A stretch of DNA of 64,000 nt from Candidatus Omnitrophota bacterium (lineage in GTDB: Bacteria > Omnitrophota > Gorgyraeia > VGKH01): the NCBI GenBank assembly GCA_022703055.1, contig JAKLEP010000003.1:22238-86237 (forward strand). Direction: 5' to 3'. The notes below the pieces were generated by a model, which was given only the letters and a program-made list of their open reading frames with translations, searched no databases and had not been told where the DNA came from. Shown here in pieces: positions 59,926-64,000 of the stretch. The position numbers and the translations under genes are program-made. The first letter of the stretch is position 1, and each line of letters opens with the position of its first letter.

Positions 59926-60035
59926 TTCGTTATCATAAGAAGGGAATTTAAAAAAAGCTAACGAAGAAGCATGAGAAAAATAAGATTCGTCTGATATCTT
60001 TTTTATTTATATGAATAATTCAACATAACATTTTA

Positions 60036-60893
60036 TTAATCTGAAATTTGTTCAATATTAACTGAAGTATGGCCAAATTCCTGAAACCGGTTAGTTTTTA
60101 CTTTTACATCGCAAGGATTACAATGTCCGAAAAAATTGCAACGCCTAGGGATATCTTCTATTTTAAAATTCTCGTCTAATAAATTGCCTATCGGTTGCCG
60201 ATTTTCATATAAATCAGCATGACAGCGATAAACAGCTGCTCCCGGACCGACAATAAGCTCGGTGGTTTTACATAGGCATTGCTTTTTAGATTTCTTACTG
60301 CAAGAACCAACATATTTGTATGTGCCGTAAAGCTGGCCATTATATTCTCCAAGGAATTCTTTAGTACGGAAATCGATACCTTCTGATAAACAAGCAACTT
60401 GTGCTGAAATAATTTCGTCTTTTTGCTCAGGATGTAGCACGCCCCATACCCCAACGCTAAACCCAAGCGCAAGCAGGCGTTTAACTTTTAAAACCGTATC
60501 ATTCAGATTCATTACTGCCGGATGATAACTAACTCTAATCGATGCGTAAGGGGCATCACGCTTAAGCCGATCAGAATCAACCTTATCGGAAAATTCATCT
60601 ACATCAAACTGCAAATTAGTCAATATGTCTATGTGCAATGTAGGTTTAATGTTATTAATAATATATATGAAATCTTTATGCAAGCTAGGCTCTCCTCCCT
60701 GTAAAGTTACGGGGAGATCCTCTCGCGAGTTTATTCTATTAAGCGCCTTAACCCAGTCGTTACCAGAAATAATTTTATTTGCAAAATTTTTGCCGCTAAA
60801 GTAATTAATGCAATAACTACAACGGTAATTACAGGCAAAAGTTAAGAACGCGGCAATGTAATTATAATTTGAAGGGATTGTGATATTTTTCAT
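60036..60893 (-). CDS. Radical SAM enzyme with a Cys-rich C-terminal region (possible auxiliary Fe-S, SPASM/twitch-like)
   Basis: The radical SAM motif is FACNYRCSYCIN (CxxxCxxC), and GGEPSL is present. The C-terminal cysteines follow the pattern C-x7-C-x-C ... C ... C-x5-C-x2-C. Confidence 0.8.
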   Translation of the reverse strand: MKNITIPSNYNYIAAFLTFACNYRCSYCINYFSGKNFANKIISGNDWVKALNRINSREDLPVTLQGGEPSLHKDFIYIINNIKPTLHIDILTNLQFDVDEFSDKVDSDRLKRDAPYASIRVSYHPAVMNLNDTVLKVKRLLALGFSVGVWGVLHPEQKDEIISAQVACLSEGIDFRTKEFLGEYNGQLYGTYKYVGSCSKKSKKQCLCKTTELIVGPGAAVYRCHADLYENRQPIGNLLDENFKIEDIPRRCNFFGHCNPCDVKVKTNRFQEFGHTSVNIEQISD

Positions 60894-60899
60894 GGATTA

Positions 60900-61679
60900 T
60901 CAGCCCTGGCGTCTAATTCTTGTGACCGAATCAGAAGCAAAATCTTTATTTTGAGATGTTTTTGAACTTCTCATAAAATAATAATCCCAAATCAAAAATA
61001 TATAAGCTTTAGCTATTTTTGCAAAGGAATAAAATGATATTGCCTTGGACTTTCCTGACTTACGCGAAAGTAACCTGCAAGGCACCTCTGCAAAAAGATA
61101 GCCTTTCTTTGTCAAACGAACCAAAATATCAGTTTGAAAGAAAAAACCATATGACCTGCTGTTTAATTGTCGTAAAATAGACCTTCTGTATAATATTGTC
61201 CCGTTTGTATAATTAAAATTGATAGCGAAAGTAAAATTAACGATCATCCGGTAAAGATTCGACAGAATCCTTCGGGATAAAGGCCTTGTTTCTTGGTTAA
61301 AAAAGAAAGGAACCACAATATCTACATGGTCGAGTAATTTAAAATAGCGCAATATTTCAACCGGGTCGGTCTCATTATCTCCGGGGATTAACAACACTGC
61401 CTTACCGGTAGCGCTATCAACTCCATCCCAAAAAGAACCGCCGATACCCCATGGCCGCTCATGTTCGAGAAGTCTAACGCAGTTATTTTGTTTAATAATA
61501 CTTTTAACAATATCAGCTGTTTTATCGGTTGAGCCATCATTGACGACAATCACCTCGCCATCAATGCCAAAATTATCCATAGCCATTAAAACAGCTAAAA
61601 CAGTAGCTTCAATACTACCCTCTTCATTAAGTGCTGGAACTATTACCGAAAGGACGTTGCCTTTTTTATTTTTATCCAT
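60900..61679 (-). CDS. GT2 glycosyltransferase of the polyprenyl-phosphate sugar synthase type (Dpm1/GtrB/ArnC-like)
   Basis: LSVIVPALNEEGSIEATV...EVIVVNDGSTDKTADIV and LIPGDNE are typical of the Dpm1/ArnC clade. Confidence 0.75.
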   Translation of the reverse strand: MDKNKKGNVLSVIVPALNEEGSIEATVLAVLMAMDNFGIDGEVIVVNDGSTDKTADIVKSIIKQNNCVRLLEHERPWGIGGSFWDGVDSATGKAVLLIPGDNETDPVEILRYFKLLDHVDIVVPFFFNQETRPLSRRILSNLYRMIVNFTFAINFNYTNGTILYRRSILRQLNSRSYGFFFQTDILVRLTKKGYLFAEVPCRLLSRKSGKSKAISFYSFAKIAKAYIFLIWDYYFMRSSKTSQNKDFASDSVTRIRRQG

Positions 61680-61705
61680 ATTTTATTTTAGTATTTCTAT
61701 TATTC

Positions 61706-62197
61706 CTATACCCGCATATAACCGGCTCTGTCAGAAACCAGCCAGTCATCGACTAGCTTAGTAAAAGAACGCTTGTCGCTGTAGGGATCATAAATATCTA
61801 AATTGATAAGTTTCATTAATGCGATGTCGTCTTTACCGCAGCAATGCGACGGCCCAAGGAGCTTAAAATAATTATTAACCCCAGTTGCGATGAATTTTAC
61901 GTTTAATTTTTGTAAAACTACATCATTACGCATCTGCTCTAATGACCTGAAAACCAAGAAATTAACTATTGAATAAACTAGCGGTATTAATCCGCTCATG
62001 CTCATACCCGCAGCAATACCGATAGTGCCCTGTTCCATTACGCCGCAATTAATTATACGTTTTGGATATTCTGCACGCAGCTTATCAATTACTCCAAAAC
62101 CCATATCGCAAACTAGCAAATAATAACGAGGGTCTTTACGAAAGTACGGTAATAAAGCGTTGCCAATATCTCTACGGTAATTTTTAACTCTGGCCAT
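61706..62197 (-). CDS. Transketolase-like ThDP enzyme, small subunit containing only the Pyr domain
   Basis: From the internal Met (MARVKNY...) the sequence aligns to the transketolase C-section pattern (NCGVMEQGTIGIAAGMSMSG with the catalytic Glu). It stops at ...AGYMRV, where the extra C-terminal domain would begin. The track ORF extends to 62257. Confidence 0.7.
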   Translation of the reverse strand: MARVKNYRRDIGNALLPYFRKDPRYYLLVCDMGFGVIDKLRAEYPKRIINCGVMEQGTIGIAAGMSMSGLIPLVYSIVNFLVFRSLEQMRNDVVLQKLNVKFIATGVNNYFKLLGPSHCCGKDDIALMKLINLDIYDPYSDKRSFTKLVDDWLVSDRAGYMRV

Positions 62198-63017
62198 AAA
62201 GATCCTCCGCATCCAATTCTTCGCCTGTAGGTACGCGGTAATGAAATTTAGGCACATTTTCCATGCATTTTAAACCATAACCTTTAATTGTCTTAGCCAC
62301 TATAACTCTTGGAACATTTTTAGAAGGTTTCTTTTTTAGCCGCTCGAACAATCCAGCCACACAATGACCGGAACATACTTCCGGATGAAGACCGAATCCT
62401 TTAAGGCGGTTTATAATTTCATAATCTTTTCTGTCTAAAATGTTGGCGAGAAAATCCATGGCCTGTAAACGGTTTGCATCAATTATTATTGTAAGATTAT
62501 TTACTTTATGCTTAACTGCAAATTGCAAAGCTTCCCAGTTAGAGCCTTCCTGCAATTCCCCGTCGCCTGTTAAGCAAAAAGTATGATATTTTTTCTTTTG
62601 TTTTTTTGCTCCATAAGCTATGCCGACTGCGATAGGCAATCCATGCCCTAATGAGCCACAGCCAACCTCTAATCCATAGCAAAGCTTACGTTCAACACAA
62701 CCAGATAATTTGCCTGAACGAGTATAAAAATTCCCCCATTCTTTTTTAGGGATAACACCAATATCAGACAATATTGCAAAAAGTCCATAACAGCCATGAG
62801 CCTTAGAGAGAACTAAACGATCACGATCTTCCCATTCCGGGTTGTTTTTCTGATAATTCATAATTCCATAATAAAGAACTGTCAATATCTCTACTGTGGA
62901 AAAAGATGGTGCTATGTGGCCAGCTTGATTACGCACACAAATATCAATTATGTCTTTACGGATTGCTTTTGCTTTTTTATTTAAAATTGCTGTATTAATT
63001 TTATTCATATCTGTCAA
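62184..63017 (-). CDS. Transketolase-like ThDP enzyme, N-terminal (PP-domain) subunit
   Basis: The motifs are SKAHGCYG and GSLGHGLPIAVG. The ThDP motif is GDGELQEGSNWEALQFAVKHKVNNLTIIIDAN. Confidence 0.85.
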   Translation of the reverse strand: MTDMNKINTAILNKKAKAIRKDIIDICVRNQAGHIAPSFSTVEILTVLYYGIMNYQKNNPEWEDRDRLVLSKAHGCYGLFAILSDIGVIPKKEWGNFYTRSGKLSGCVERKLCYGLEVGCGSLGHGLPIAVGIAYGAKKQKKKYHTFCLTGDGELQEGSNWEALQFAVKHKVNNLTIIIDANRLQAMDFLANILDRKDYEIINRLKGFGLHPEVCSGHCVAGLFERLKKKPSKNVPRVIVAKTIKGYGLKCMENVPKFHYRVPTGEELDAEDLYGQS

Positions 63018-64000
63018 ATAAAGTTAAAATGGGCTGCCGGATACTTGAGCTCCCAAAGGTAAGTATTGATTTCATCAAGCCGGCAATTTTTCCGGCATTT
63101 ATAAGTATTTAAATTTGTTGCACAGTATTTGATAATTCGGCGTCTCGCCAAGCTGTTAAATATATCCTTAAACGGACTTTTATATATATTGCCAAAGTTG
63201 AATTCTTTTCTTCCTAGATATGAGCTGCAGGCAAAAAAATTTCCCTCTGCATCAAGATATGCCCAAAACGGCAGGCCTAAACAATGCGCATACCGGCGCT
63301 TACTTTTTAATTTCATCATTGTATGCTTACGCAGATAGATTTTGAAACTGTCATTTTCCAGCTTTTTAAATTTATCTTCATTTTTTATGCAGTTTTCGTA
63401 TCGATAATCATCCTTGACTTTTGAATGGCTATATAAATGTTTCGAGTACGGCTTAATTATCAGATAATCCACACCTAAATCGCGAAGTTTTTCAGCAAGC
63501 TTAACTTCTTCACCGCTATTTTCTTTTATTAAAAGAAACTGTACGCCAATTGTAACCGGATATTTATTGCGCCTCTTAAGCACTACTGCAGTTGAAAGAT
63601 TATCCAATACACGATTAAAGTCCTCTTTTGCGGCACGATGAATTTTCATATATGTTTTAGCACTGGCTGCATCAAGGCTTATCCGTATCCAGGACAGATG
63701 TGGTAATATTTTTTTAGCCAATTCACCGGATAATTTAACACCATTTGTTGTGACTGCACTATCAATTCCACAAAGTTTCGTGTATTCTATAATTTCAGCA
63801 ATATCTTTATGTAAGAGAGGTTCTCCCTCTCCAGCAAACATTATGCTTTTTACTCCGCAATGGCTTGCTGTTTTGATAGTCTTTTTTAAAGAACTTGTAT
63901 CTAAAAATACTCTTTTATACTTGAGGTAGTCTTTGGCACAAAATATACAACGGTGGTTACATCCTCCCGAAGGAGAAATTTCCATATATATTGGATAAAT
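63014..64000 (-). CDS. Radical SAM enzyme with a Cys-rich C-terminus. It is probably 5-prime partial because the frame stays open to the window edge.
   Basis: The radical SAM motif is GGCNHRCIFCAK (CxxxCxxC), and GEGEPLL is present. The C-terminal cysteines follow C-x17-C ... C-x9-C-x3-C. The 15 nt upstream of the ATG at 63985 are in frame and contain no stop. Confidence 0.8.
   Translation of the reverse strand: MYPIYMEISPSGGCNHRCIFCAKDYLKYKRVFLDTSSLKKTIKTASHCGVKSIMFAGEGEPLLHKDIAEIIEYTKLCGIDSAVTTNGVKLSGELAKKILPHLSWIRISLDAASAKTYMKIHRAAKEDFNRVLDNLSTAVVLKRRNKYPVTIGVQFLLIKENSGEEVKLAEKLRDLGVDYLIIKPYSKHLYSHSKVKDDYRYENCIKNEDKFKKLENDSFKIYLRKHTMMKLKSKRRYAHCLGLPFWAYLDAEGNFFACSSYLGRKEFNFGNIYKSPFKDIFNSLARRRIIKYCATNLNTYKCRKNCRLDEINTYLWELKYPAAHFNFI

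Noticed and set aside
59926-60035. The in-frame upstream extension of the 58552-59925 membrane protein contains SDESYF, which resembles the DE..Y loop motif of GT-C (PMT/ArnT-like) enzymes. I also found small ORFs here (7 aa, and 31 aa overlapping the start) that might be radical SAM peptide substrates.
   Set aside because: The extension is only 27 codons before a TAA. It has no start codon and no preceding TM helix, so the motif match is probably coincidental. The tiny ORFs lack an SD and any Cys/Ser/Thr-rich core. No other intergenic space in the locus could hold a precursor peptide, so a RiPP interpretation of the radical SAM genes is unsupported.

Overview
This is a low-GC bacterial chromosomal window read with the standard genetic code. 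I saw no rRNA, tRNA, CRISPR array, transposase or integrase. I call 59 CDS, 58 of them on the minus strand. They are packed almost without gaps, and many adjacent genes overlap by 1-95 nt. From 1 to 38.2 kb the content is housekeeping: partial glyQS, speH-like, panB, nfnAB, apbE, polX, PAP2, tatD, dtd, panE, recO, ybeY, pgpH-like, phoH, aspS, hisS, hup, dnaE, guaA, a GuaB3-type IMPDH homologue, groESL with a near-perfect CIRCE operator, cysK, an Opp/Dpp-type ABC importer, secG, tpiA and pgk. The only plus-strand gene is an archaeal-type Hel308/Ski2-like helicase. From 38.2 to 64 kb, running off the window edge, lies a 22-gene co-directional Wzx/Wzy-type surface-glycan locus. It encodes an initiating phosphoglycosyltransferase, WecB, an SDR, TagA, GT2 x3, GT4, a GT10 fucosyltransferase-like enzyme, a CgeB-like GT, a flippase and two Wzy_C proteins. 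This locus also carries three B12-binding class-B radical SAM enzymes, two further radical SAM enzymes with Cys-rich C-termini, and a split transketolase-like ThDP enzyme. I consider this radical-SAM-rich glycan-tailoring locus the best candidate for an undescribed system. All functional calls rest on motifs I recognise in the translations. No database search was run.
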